DNA from: a virus
Lineage: Duplodnaviria; Caudoviricetes
Length of the DNA: 44,727 nucleotides
Virus record (IMG/VR): IMGVR_UViG_3300036773_000092
Coordinates: 1-44,727 of that record
Strand: one strand, 5' to 3'
The notes beneath the pieces were generated by a model. It worked only from the letters and a program-made list of their open reading frames with translations, made no database searches and had not been told where the DNA came from. This document shows, piece after piece, positions 1-8,396 of this stretch. The position numbers were made by a program, and so were the translations under genes. Positions within the stretch are counted from its first letter, which is position 1; each line of letters opens with the position of its first letter.

Positions 1-1
1 G

Positions 2-106
2 TCGGCATCAGCATCGACAACGCCGACAAGCTCCCCCGAGCCGACGGCAAATCCGCTGCAGAAGCCCAACCCCAACCAGAACCAGAACCCCCAGCAGCAG
101 CCCTGA
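2..106 (+). CDS. 3' end of a truncated gene with a low-complexity S/P/N/Q tail
   Basis: Frame 2 reads SASASTTPTSSPEPTANPLQKPNPNQNQNPQQQP to TGA at 104-106, followed by a hairpin. The frame choice is an inference. Confidence 0.45.
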   Translation, partial: SASASTTPTSSPEPTANPLQKPNPNQNQNPQQQP

Positions 107-116
107 CCGGCGGCGG

Positions 117-159
117 AAGGTACTGCCCATCCTTGACGACGACGGGCAGTACCTTTCTT
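117..159 (+). terminator. Stem-loop, possible intrinsic terminator
   Basis: Perfect 12-bp inverted repeat AAGGTACTGCCC (117-128) / GGGCAGTACCTT (144-155) with a 15-nt loop and only a short TCTT tail. Confidence 0.55.
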
Positions 160-192
160 AACACCTGCACCACCTAACTAGGACTAGCTTGT

Positions 193-1446
193 ATGGCTGA
201 TGACGACTACGGCGACAGGGACATTGGGTCAGATCCCGACATAGGCGATTTTGAGAACGCCTACAGACCTTCTGGGTCTAGTAGTCTGACCGAGGCTGTT
301 GCATTCATCAGGACCTCTGATCGCCAGGTAGCTAGACGGTGTCGCAGGAAATTCAATTGGTCGTACCTGCATCGTGGGAATCGAACAGGAAGAGGAGTAC
401 GTTCTCCTCTTTGGCTGGGAACAGGATTCCATTTTGCGGTAGAGGACCTACACGGCTACAGGCATTTCGATCGACCGAGCGAGGCCTTGGAAGCATATGC
501 TCAGGCTTGCAAGAGGTCGCAACGAGGGACAGACCAAAGGGTTCCTGACAACTGGCAGGAAGACCTTAAACTTGGCATGGGCATGCTAGAGTACTACGAG
601 GAGTGGCTCCAGAGTAGGCCTCCACTACAAACGTACGAGGTGAATGGTGTCCCTCAGGTTGAAGTTCGATTCCAGATCCCCATCCCCATGGACCCAGGCT
701 TGCTTAGAGCTTTTGGTTTTGATCGGGCTGTTTACACTGGGACTATTGATAGGGTCATCATCGACGAGTACAACCGCCTTTGGCCTCTCGACTACAAGAC
801 AGCCAAGCGTATTCAAACCAACCATCTGGAGAACGACCCCCAAGTCTCAGCCTACATGTGGGCAGCTTCCCACATCTACAGTCTTCCTGTTGCCGGGTTT
901 ATCTATCAACAGCATCTGAAGGGCATCCCCAAGGAGCCGGACTTCCTGAAGACATCAGGAATGTTCTCGGTATCCAAGAACCTGAGGACTACGCATACCC
1001 TATATGCGAAAGCCCTGAGGAACTTGTACGGGAATCTCGAGCGGGCACCCAGAGTGAACATCGAGTACCTGAACATGCTGATTGATCAGGAGCAGCCTAG
1101 ATCTGATAAGCTAGTCAGTCAGATCTTCGTTGAGCGTAACCAGAATGTCATAGAAGCGGAAGGAGAAAAGATCCTACTAGAAGCAGCAGACATGTTAAAT
1201 CCATCTCTACCCATCTACCCCAATCCTACCAGGGATTGTAGTTGGGACTGTGATTTCCTACAAGCATGCCTCTCAGTGGACGATGGGTCCGACTGGCAGT
1301 GGGAAATTGAACAGAACACCTTTGACAGAGAGGAAGAAGACGTATCATGGCGGACGCATCTACAGTTGCCCCAGCGGCCACAACCACTACCACGGCTCCA
1401 CAGGGGACGCAACAACCAACTCCAGAGGTATCTCAGGTCTCTGTAA
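193..1446 (+). CDS. PD-(D/E)XK exonuclease, Cas4/RecB-like, with probable Fe-S cysteines
   Basis: Motifs TGTIDRV...LDYKT and QVSAY; N-terminal RRCRRK Cys plus C-terminal CSWDCDFLQAC. Confidence 0.85.
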   Translation: MADDDYGDRDIGSDPDIGDFENAYRPSGSSSLTEAVAFIRTSDRQVARRCRRKFNWSYLHRGNRTGRGVRSPLWLGTGFHFAVEDLHGYRHFDRPSEALEAYAQACKRSQRGTDQRVPDNWQEDLKLGMGMLEYYEEWLQSRPPLQTYEVNGVPQVEVRFQIPIPMDPGLLRAFGFDRAVYTGTIDRVIIDEYNRLWPLDYKTAKRIQTNHLENDPQVSAYMWAASHIYSLPVAGFIYQQHLKGIPKEPDFLKTSGMFSVSKNLRTTHTLYAKALRNLYGNLERAPRVNIEYLNMLIDQEQPRSDKLVSQIFVERNQNVIEAEGEKILLEAADMLNPSLPIYPNPTRDCSWDCDFLQACLSVDDGSDWQWEIEQNTFDREEEDVSWRTHLQLPQRPQPLPRLHRGRNNQLQRYLRSL

Positions 1447-2585
1447 CTCCGAGCCCTGTGCAGCAGCAGCCTCAACAGACTCAACTGCCTCAACAGCCAC
1501 AACAGCAGTCACAACTGAAACCGGGAGCGGTTATCAATGCAGCAGGTCAGCAGCCTCCTCAAGGCGTGGTGGCAAAGACTCCGGGCTCACCTGGGACCAC
1601 ACCAATCCAAAACGCAGCCGCTCCCGTCGCAGGGAATCGAGCAGCGTTTATCATCCCGTCCGAGCGCGAATCCCTTCCCTATTTCCGGGGCCTCGTCTAC
1701 GGAGAATACGGAGCAGGAAAAACCTGGCTCTGGGGGACCTCCGCCGACGTCCCCGAGATGAGGGATGTGGTCATGATCTCTGCAGAAGCAGGTGATCTGA
1801 CCCTGAATGACCGCGAGCATGCGTTTCACTTGATCGATCCCATCAGGGTGAAGGACTACAAGACGATTGCACGGGTCTACGAGTTCTTGAAGCTGCACTG
1901 CATGCTCAGGGATTCGACCGACTCTGATGCGACTGCAAGGCTGCGGAAGCTGCAGAACATCGTCATGCCGCCGAAGGACGGTGTAGATCCTGAGACAATC
2001 AGGCTGCGTCGGTACAAGACCGTGATCATCGACTCCTTGTCGGAGGTTGAGGCCTATTGCATGAACCAGCTGCTTGGCGTCAACGATGCTACCAAGATGG
2101 ACGAGGAGATGCAGGGAGCAGAATGGGCCGAATACAAGAAGCAGCATGGCATGGTTCAGCGGATGGTTCGGAACTTCCGAGACCTCCCAATGCATGTGCT
2201 GTTCACGGCGGCGCGGGCGTATACGCAGGACGAGCTCAAGCGCCACATCTACAATCCCATGCTCACTGGGAAGCTCGCCTCCCAAGTCCAGGGCTTCATG
2301 GACGTCGTCGGCTATCTGGTCATGGGCGTCGCCAGCGAGGAGCAAGCGATCGCCCCTCGACGGATGTATATCCAGCCAGGGCCCCGGTTTGCTGCCAAGT
2401 CCAGGTTCTCCAACTACAAGAAGGCCTTCTTTGACAACCCCACAATGGGCTCAATCCTGAGCGAGGTCGGCCTTCTGCAGCGTAAACAAGTTGCCAGCCA
2501 GGGCACTCAATCACCAGGAGCAGCACCAGCGAATGCTGTGAAGTCCCCCACTGCAAACAATACAGCCCAGGCGGCCGCGCAGTAG
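1347..2585 (+). CDS. Sak4-like / AAA_24 P-loop ATPase (recombinase) with Q/P/T-rich N-terminus
   Basis: Walker A GEYGAGKT, Walker B VIIDS, C-terminal AKSR; SD-like GAGG upstream; lies between nuclease and SSB. Confidence 0.85.
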   Translation: MADASTVAPAATTTTTAPQGTQQPTPEVSQVSVTPSPVQQQPQQTQLPQQPQQQSQLKPGAVINAAGQQPPQGVVAKTPGSPGTTPIQNAAAPVAGNRAAFIIPSERESLPYFRGLVYGEYGAGKTWLWGTSADVPEMRDVVMISAEAGDLTLNDREHAFHLIDPIRVKDYKTIARVYEFLKLHCMLRDSTDSDATARLRKLQNIVMPPKDGVDPETIRLRRYKTVIIDSLSEVEAYCMNQLLGVNDATKMDEEMQGAEWAEYKKQHGMVQRMVRNFRDLPMHVLFTAARAYTQDELKRHIYNPMLTGKLASQVQGFMDVVGYLVMGVASEEQAIAPRRMYIQPGPRFAAKSRFSNYKKAFFDNPTMGSILSEVGLLQRKQVASQGTQSPGAAPANAVKSPTANNTAQAAAQ

Positions 2586-2661
2586 GGGCCACCACGATAA
2601 ATGCCAGGTATGAACTACGCTGGCTAACGCAACATGAGGTACACACGAAAGCATACACAAC

Positions 2662-3273
2662 ATGAATCAGAACGTTTTTGAGGAAGCCGCAGGCTTCGTC
2701 AACATGTCGGAGGTTGAGGAGCCCGATCAACTCAATCAACCCAATCAACAGGGTCAGCGCAGCCATCAGGCTCAACAGGACCGACAGGGCCGTCAGGAGG
2801 GGATGGGCACCGAAGAAGGCGAGGGCATCGTAGTCGATCTGTCCGACGTCGGCGATGGCAAGTACTCTCCTGTTCCGCGCGGGATCTATCCGGTCACGGT
2901 CGTTACCCTCGACTACGGACTCTCGCAGCGGTCCCAGAACCCCATGTGGACGTGGGTCTGGGAGGTGGAGGAAGGCCACGAGCATGCCGGCCGGAAGTTC
3001 TTCTACCACACCGTCTTCAACGAGGGTGGCATGCCTCGCGTGAAGCGGACTCTCGCACGCATCAAGGCCGACGGAGATGCGCAAGCTCGGCTGCTGTCTG
3101 GTCCCTTCAATCCTCAGGCGGTCGCCGACGAGGGAATCTTGCTCGGCGCCCGTGCCAGGATTCGTATCGACATTCGTCGGTACGAGGGTCAGAACCGAAA
3201 CGACGTGAGGGATGTTCTCCCTCCCGCTGATCAGATCGGCGGCGGCATGACTGCTGGATTCGCCGGCGTCTGA
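2662..3273 (+). CDS. DUF669-like single-stranded DNA-binding protein
   Basis: PVPRGIYPVTV...SQNPMWTW...YEGQNRNDV pattern; typical position after a Sak4-like ATPase. Confidence 0.75.
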   Translation: MNQNVFEEAAGFVNMSEVEEPDQLNQPNQQGQRSHQAQQDRQGRQEGMGTEEGEGIVVDLSDVGDGKYSPVPRGIYPVTVVTLDYGLSQRSQNPMWTWVWEVEEGHEHAGRKFFYHTVFNEGGMPRVKRTLARIKADGDAQARLLSGPFNPQAVADEGILLGARARIRIDIRRYEGQNRNDVRDVLPPADQIGGGMTAGFAGV

Positions 3274-3302
3274 CGCTGACGCTGACACTACTACTACTAG
3301 GA

Positions 3303-3330
3303 GGCTAGGCAGTTTAGGAGCTGCCTAGCC
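3303..3330 (+). other. Stem-loop between SSB and queC
   Basis: GGCTAGGCAG / CTGCCTAGCC perfect 10-bp stem with no U-tract, flanked by (CTA)n and GCTA repeats. Confidence 0.5.
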
Positions 3331-3378
3331 AGCTAGCTAGCTCAGTCTATTCGTCTACCCTCGACAGGATGTGGCATC

Positions 3379-4140
3379 ATGAATATCAGTGGTCTAAAGG
3401 TGGCACGCAGAGCGTTTGTTCTGCACAGCGGCGGCATCGACAGCTCGACTGCTCTCGTCCTAGCAGCAGCAGCTGCTTGGAAAGCTCGGTCCGAGTCAGG
3501 AGGCTCTCCGGAGCTGAACACTGTCGTATCAGTCGGGATCAACTACGGCCAACGGCACAAGAAGGAGATGGATGCGGCTCTGGAGTTCTGCTCGGATGCT
3601 GGCATCGAGCGTATGATCGTCAACATGACGAGCCCTCCATTGTCGATGCTTACCGATCCAAGCGCAGACATCCCTGAGGTCAGCTACGAGGATCTGCCTC
3701 ACGGCATCTCGCCCACATACGTCCCATTCAGAAACGGTCAACTCCTTTCCACAGTTGCTGGCATTGCTCAGGGCTGGGTGATGGAGCAGGAGAGGGATGA
3801 AACCAGATCGGTCACAGCAGAAGCTACCATCTGGTTTGGTGCTCATGCAGAAGATGCTCAGCGTTGGGCTTATCCGGACTGCACGCCTGAATTCGTCGGA
3901 GCGATGGCAGCTGCCATCCTCATCGGGACCTACAACAAGGTTCGGCTGATCACACCGTTCATCCACTGGACGAAGGATCAGATCGTCGAAGAGGGCGAGG
4001 CTCAAGGAGCAGACTGGTCGAAGACCTGGTCCTGCTACAAGGGCGAAGAGATTCACTGCGGCGTCTGTCCGACGTGTCGTGCACGGAAGGAAGCCTTCAA
4101 TCGGTCAGGCGTCGAAGATCCCACTGAGTATGCTCAGTAG
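3379..4140 (+). CDS. queC: 7-cyano-7-deazaguanine (preQ0) synthase
   Basis: SGGIDS PP-loop, YGQRH, TYVPFRN, YPDC, TWSCY...HCGVCPTC...RKEAF, DPTEY. Confidence 0.96.
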   Translation: MNISGLKVARRAFVLHSGGIDSSTALVLAAAAAWKARSESGGSPELNTVVSVGINYGQRHKKEMDAALEFCSDAGIERMIVNMTSPPLSMLTDPSADIPEVSYEDLPHGISPTYVPFRNGQLLSTVAGIAQGWVMEQERDETRSVTAEATIWFGAHAEDAQRWAYPDCTPEFVGAMAAAILIGTYNKVRLITPFIHWTKDQIVEEGEAQGADWSKTWSCYKGEEIHCGVCPTCRARKEAFNRSGVEDPTEYAQ

Positions 4141-4173
4141 GCAATAACAACACAACCGTAGGGGAACGCTCAC

Positions 4174-4680
4174 ATGGTATTCAGTATCACCCGTGAGATC
4201 TCGATTGACATGGCTCATCGCGTTCCCACGCATGGGTCAAAGTGTTGGAATATTCATGGCCACAGGTATCGGATCTTGGCTACGGTCCGAGGAGAGCTCA
4301 ACCCGGAGGGCAATCAACAAGACATGGTCATGGACTTCTCCTTCCTGAAGGAAGTCATGTTGGGCAGGATTGACTACATCTGTGATCATGGTATGGTCCT
4401 GTGGGAACAGGATCCATGGCTAAGCCGATTCAAGAAGACGAGAAGAGCTTATGGCAAGACCTTCGGGTTTCATGAAGAAGAGCGGGCAAGCGATCAGACG
4501 AAGCTTGTCGTGGTTCCGTTCATCCCGACAGCTGAGAAGCTTGCAGAGTTCTGGTTTAACCTGATGTTCGAAGACGTGAAGCGGAAGAGCCAGGGACTTG
4601 GCGAGCTCACCAAGGTGGAGGTGTACGAGACGCCTTATTGTCGGGCGCAGTATCCTTTCCTCGTCAACGTAGAGAGCTGA
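4174..4680 (+). CDS. queD: 6-carboxy-5,6,7,8-tetrahydropterin synthase
   Basis: AHRV...KCWNIHGHRY, MVMDF, DH, PTAE and YETP motifs. Confidence 0.95.
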   Translation: MVFSITREISIDMAHRVPTHGSKCWNIHGHRYRILATVRGELNPEGNQQDMVMDFSFLKEVMLGRIDYICDHGMVLWEQDPWLSRFKKTRRAYGKTFGFHEEERASDQTKLVVVPFIPTAEKLAEFWFNLMFEDVKRKSQGLGELTKVEVYETPYCRAQYPFLVNVES

Positions 4681-4689
4681 GGCTGACCG

Positions 4690-5538
4690 ATGTTTGGACG
4701 CAACAAGATTGCTACCCAGAAGACGTTTGCATTTGATGGGGCTTTCCCTCAGCAGGTGAAGTCCCTGAAGGTCACCAGCATCTTCCACACCTTGCAAGGA
4801 GAAGGACCCTTCGCCGGGAGGAGAGCAACATTTGTCCGTCTGACCGGTTGTAATCTGCAATGCTCGTTCTGCGACACCTACTTCGACGCCGGCGAGGATA
4901 TGAAGTTCATGGACATCCTTGATCGGATCCTGAGGTTGCGGACTAACAACAGGAACGAACTCCTTGACAAGGACGAGATCAGATCGCCGGAGCAGCCTCC
5001 TCTGATAGTCGTTACTGGAGGCGAACCATTCCTCCAACCGAATCTCAGCTCATTCCTTCAATATGCCCATCAGCGCGGATACAAATGTCAGGTTGAGACC
5101 AACGGCAACTTCTGGCAGGAAGTCCCTGGCCTGACCACTATTGTGTGCAGTCCGAAGATCAACGAGAAGACGCTGCAGTATGTCAAGGTCCATCCCGATT
5201 TGCTTGCACGAACTGATGCCCTGAAGTTCGTCATCTCCACGTCAAGGGCTGGCTATCATTCAATCCCTGAGTGGGCCTTGCAGTGGCGTATGGGATACCC
5301 GCACGGCCACAGGCGGATCTACCTGTCTCCCATGGCTGAGTATCTGCAGCAGCCAATGATCCTGGAGGACGACGGCAGCCTGTCAGCGAGGTCCCAGAAT
5401 GAGCGCGTATCTTTCTGGACTAAAGGTCTCATCGACCTGGAGAAGATGCGGGACAACATCGAGTATGCGGCCTTGCTTGCAATGAAGTACGATGCCATCC
5501 TGGGTCTCCAGATCCATCTCTTTGCGAACCTACCATAA
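4690..5538 (+). CDS. queE: 7-carboxy-7-deazaguanine synthase (radical SAM)
   Basis: IFHTLQGEG, FVRLTGCNLQCSFCDT (CxxxCxxC), VTGGEP, ETNG, SPK, LQIH. Confidence 0.95.
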   Translation: MFGRNKIATQKTFAFDGAFPQQVKSLKVTSIFHTLQGEGPFAGRRATFVRLTGCNLQCSFCDTYFDAGEDMKFMDILDRILRLRTNNRNELLDKDEIRSPEQPPLIVVTGGEPFLQPNLSSFLQYAHQRGYKCQVETNGNFWQEVPGLTTIVCSPKINEKTLQYVKVHPDLLARTDALKFVISTSRAGYHSIPEWALQWRMGYPHGHRRIYLSPMAEYLQQPMILEDDGSLSARSQNERVSFWTKGLIDLEKMRDNIEYAALLAMKYDAILGLQIHLFANLP

Positions 5539-5562
5539 CCCCACCCAAGAGGCTTACTTGAC

Positions 5563-6195
5563 ATGGCAAGAAGAACAGAGACAGCACCCGAGACGAGGAT
5601 GATCTCGGATCCTCCCGAGCCCTTCAAGAGTTGGACGGCTGAAGAACACATCCGCGAGGCGATCATGCTGATCTTCTCCACGGACTTCTTGGACGACCCA
5701 TCCACTAAGGATACGCCGCGGCGCATCGTCCAGTACATGGAGGAGTTTAACCAGCCCTTCGACGTGATGGAAATCTTTGGGGAAGGCTTCGCAGTCGGTG
5801 CAAATGAACATGCGGATGGAATCGTTGTTCAATCAGACATACCCTTTCGGATGGTATGTGAGCATCACTTCCTTCCCGCAACTGGACACGCTTATATCGG
5901 ATACATACCGAACGGACGTGTTGTGGGAATATCCAAGATTGCCCGCCTTGTGGATGCGGTGGGGACCGATCGGCCCAGTCTCCAGGAGCTTATCACTAGC
6001 CGTATCGCTGATGCCTTCATGACTCACCTCCAGGCAAAGGGAGTGATCGTGGTCATCAAAGCGGCTCACTCCTGTATGACCTGTCGTGGAGTGAAGACTC
6101 CCGACACCCTGACCTCTACAAGCGTTGTCAGGGGGCTCTTTAGGGATGTCCCTTCTGCGCGTGCGGAATTCTTTGCTGTCGCCGGGGTGAAGTGA
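5563..6195 (+). CDS. folE: GTP cyclohydrolase I
   Basis: DTPRR, CEHHFLP, GISKIARLV, LQE, HSCMTCRG. Confidence 0.96.
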   Translation: MARRTETAPETRMISDPPEPFKSWTAEEHIREAIMLIFSTDFLDDPSTKDTPRRIVQYMEEFNQPFDVMEIFGEGFAVGANEHADGIVVQSDIPFRMVCEHHFLPATGHAYIGYIPNGRVVGISKIARLVDAVGTDRPSLQELITSRIADAFMTHLQAKGVIVVIKAAHSCMTCRGVKTPDTLTSTSVVRGLFRDVPSARAEFFAVAGVK

Positions 6196-6196
6196 T

Positions 6197-7048
6197 ATGG
6201 CCTTGTATGCTCCTGTTTGCCCTCCACAGATCCTCAGAGGCTTGCGTGCCTTGGGGGATGACATAGTCGGCAAGTACCATCTCCTCCTGGCTCATGATGT
6301 GCATGAGCATCCTGAGCTGTATAGGGATGTCCTCCCCAGCAACTCCATGATCATCATGGACAACGGGACAATTGAATTAGGCCATCCTGTCTCTTTACGT
6401 GAGATGCGGAGCGCCCTGGATGTTGTGCCTGCGCAGATCATCGTCTTGCCGGACGTCATCAAAGACTCGCAGAAGACCCTCGAGATGTCAACAGCAGCTG
6501 CTACTGAATGGTTGCCGCTCCTCCATACTAGGGGGTCATACCTTAGTGAAGGCAAGTTCATGGCAGTCCCACAGGGGAAGTCCTTCGAGGAGCTGCAGTC
6601 CTGCGCGCTTGCATTGGCAGAACTCCCAAACGTCGGAGCCTGGGGAGTAGGTCGCTTCATCACGGACATGCTAGGTTCTCGCATCCCGTTTATCGAATGG
6701 CTGCGGGACACTAAGGAGACGCAGCTCCCGAACGGTCGCTTCACGCCGTTCATCCATCTCTTCGGGTTCTCCGAGAACCTCCAGGATGACATTGCAGCAT
6801 CAAATATCCCCAAGGTCATGGGGATTGACAGTGCTGTCCCCATCCGGCTGGGGCAGCATGGCTTCATGATTGACCCACACCAGAAGACACACATCCCCCG
6901 AGGTGACTGGTGGGATAAAGCTTCAGGTCAGATCAGGGCAGAGACTCTCGCCAATCTGCTGCTGTTCAGATCATGGATCCAGAAGCCCCAGCTTGCTCTG
7001 CACAGATACCTCGAAGACGGGAAGCGAGCTGGGACCTTGATGTCTTAG
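6197..7048 (+). CDS. dpdA: TGT-fold guanine transglycosylase, DpdA-like (DNA 7-deazaguanine insertion)
   Basis: TGT-like motifs in the expected order (IMDNG, LPDV, VPQG, GVG, IHLFG, GIDS), directly after queC/D/E/folE. Subfamily not verified. Confidence 0.7.
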   Translation: MALYAPVCPPQILRGLRALGDDIVGKYHLLLAHDVHEHPELYRDVLPSNSMIIMDNGTIELGHPVSLREMRSALDVVPAQIIVLPDVIKDSQKTLEMSTAAATEWLPLLHTRGSYLSEGKFMAVPQGKSFEELQSCALALAELPNVGAWGVGRFITDMLGSRIPFIEWLRDTKETQLPNGRFTPFIHLFGFSENLQDDIAASNIPKVMGIDSAVPIRLGQHGFMIDPHQKTHIPRGDWWDKASGQIRAETLANLLLFRSWIQKPQLALHRYLEDGKRAGTLMS

Positions 7049-7192
7049 ATGCCGCAGGCCAAAACGATCGGAAGGACGCCGTCCGGGGAGCGTTATCTAA
7101 GGTCCGTGACTACTACTCAGGCCCCCCACGGTCGCGGTTTTGAGGCGGGAGGGCAGGGAGAAAGAAGGAAAGAAAGGAAACAAATAGCATGA
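7049..7192 (+). CDS. Possible 47-aa small protein
   Basis: ATG immediately follows the dpdA TAG in the same frame; its TGA overlaps the holin ATG (ATGA). No strong SD. Confidence 0.25.
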   Translation: MPQAKTIGRTPSGERYLRSVTTTQAPHGRGFEAGGQGERRKERKQIA

Positions 7193-7569
7193 GTCCAACA
7201 ACGGCAGACTTCTTGGAGTTCATCAGACAGTGCATTATCACGCTTGGCGTGCCAGTTGCATTGTACCTCGCGTGGATTGTCGTCGCCGAAATGAAGAAGA
7301 AGGGATACCAAACGACCTATGCCGAAGCACTTCTACGCGCGGTCGGAGCTGGGCAGAATGCAGCTCAGGATGCTGGCAAGAGCATCTTCACACCTGAAGG
7401 ACGTGCGCTTGCGGTTAGGGTTGGAGCCTCGTACCTCAAGAATACGGTTCCAGACGCCTCGTCCGCCCTCGGCATCACCTCTGAAGATCAACACGCTGCG
7501 CGAGTTGAAGCTCAGATTGGCCATGCGAACCTCAGTGGTGCAACGTCGATCATCCCTGAGGCGCATTAG
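7189..7569 (+). CDS. Putative holin (LL-H-like, one N-terminal TM helix)
   Basis: TM segment CIITLGVPVALYLAWIVVA then KKK; helical C-terminus ending RVEAQIG; purine-rich RBS; next to lipoprotein and endolysin. Confidence 0.6.
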   Translation: MSPTTADFLEFIRQCIITLGVPVALYLAWIVVAEMKKKGYQTTYAEALLRAVGAGQNAAQDAGKSIFTPEGRALAVRVGASYLKNTVPDASSALGITSEDQHAARVEAQIGHANLSGATSIIPEAH

Positions 7570-7616
7570 GCTAGCTTTACTACTAGCACAATTCCACTGG
7601 CTAAAGGAACACAACC

Positions 7617-8024
7617 GTGAACACAAAGCACGCAACCGCAAAGTACGCAATGACTTTGACCTTGGCTCTATCATTGCCTTTGATAGGCTGCTCCAGTCCT
7701 TCAAATCCTGGAGGCCAGACGCGAGGGCCTACTCCCAAGGCCACAGTGCTGGCTCTGGAGACCGCCCTCACGGCGGCTGACAGGCTGGCAATCAGTTATA
7801 TTCGTCAGCCCAAATGCACAAGCGCCAGCACCAACAGGGTGGTGTGCTCGGACAGCACCTTGGTGCCACAGATCAAGGCGGCCGCTCAGAAGGCCCACGA
7901 TGCGGTTGTCAACGCGCAAGGGGTCGTGGACTCTTCACCCAACTCAACGGAGGCAGAAGCCGCCGTCTCGAGTGCAACGGCAGCTCTGATGGCGTTGCAG
8001 GCTATCATTCCCAACCAGCCGTAA
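7617..8024 (+). CDS. Lipoprotein, putative spanin-like lysis protein
   Basis: Signal peptide with lipobox LIG-C; Ala-rich helices; lies in the lysis cassette; GTG start with AAAGGA SD. Confidence 0.6.
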   Translation: MNTKHATAKYAMTLTLALSLPLIGCSSPSNPGGQTRGPTPKATVLALETALTAADRLAISYIRQPKCTSASTNRVVCSDSTLVPQIKAAAQKAHDAVVNAQGVVDSSPNSTEAEAAVSSATAALMALQAIIPNQP

Positions 8025-8037
8025 GGAGACATCTCAC

Positions 8038-8247
8038 ATGGCAGCGTTAGTAACAATGGACCTGGCAGCTCAGGTCATCTCAGCTCTCCTGAGCGTCGCC
8101 GTCCAGACGCCGGCTCTGATCGATGCCGGTAACCAGATCGTGGAGCTGCTCAACCAAGGGTCGGATCCGACACCCGAGCAGGAGGCCTCCATCCGACAGA
8201 CCCTGGAAGACATCAACGACGAACTGCAGGCCGCCGAGCAGGGCTAA
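8038..8247 (+). CDS. Small helical hypothetical protein in the lysis cassette
   Basis: Strong SD AAGGAG; amphipathic helices with an acidic C-terminus. Confidence 0.7.
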   Translation: MAALVTMDLAAQVISALLSVAVQTPALIDAGNQIVELLNQGSDPTPEQEASIRQTLEDINDELQAAEQG

Positions 8248-8260
8248 CCTGACTCATCGC

Positions 8261-8318
8261 GGGCTATAGGGATCCCCCGCACAATTGTAACCTGCAGAGC
8301 GGGGGTCCCTAATAGTTC
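8261..8318 (+). other. Long imperfect stem-loop upstream of the endolysin
   Basis: TAGGGA-T-CCCCCGC (8267-8280) pairs with GCGGGGG-TCCCTA (8299-8311); 18-nt loop; extendable by G-U pairs. Confidence 0.55.
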
Positions 8319-8396
8319 AGCGGCTCGTGCCGCTAGCGCTACTTGCTGCGTCCCGGTCTTATGGGAGTCAAATTTGTACCGAAGGGTTTAACACCG

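Noticed and set aside
193-1446. Cas4 as part of a CRISPR-Cas system
   Set aside because: No other cas genes or array; the context is a phage recombination module.
3274-3378. preQ1 riboswitch upstream of queC
   Set aside because: There is a hairpin, but it lacks the preQ1-I loop consensus and the A-rich 3' tail.
3379-6195. Host-type queuosine tRNA-modification operon or metabolic auxiliary genes
   Set aside because: No queF, queA or queG; the phage context and adjacent DpdA-like gene point to DNA modification.
7046-7620. Amber (TAG) stop-codon reassignment, suggested by open frames after TAG at 7048 and 7569
   Set aside because: All conserved genes are intact under the standard code, and other TAG stops (2585, 4140) are followed quickly by further stops.
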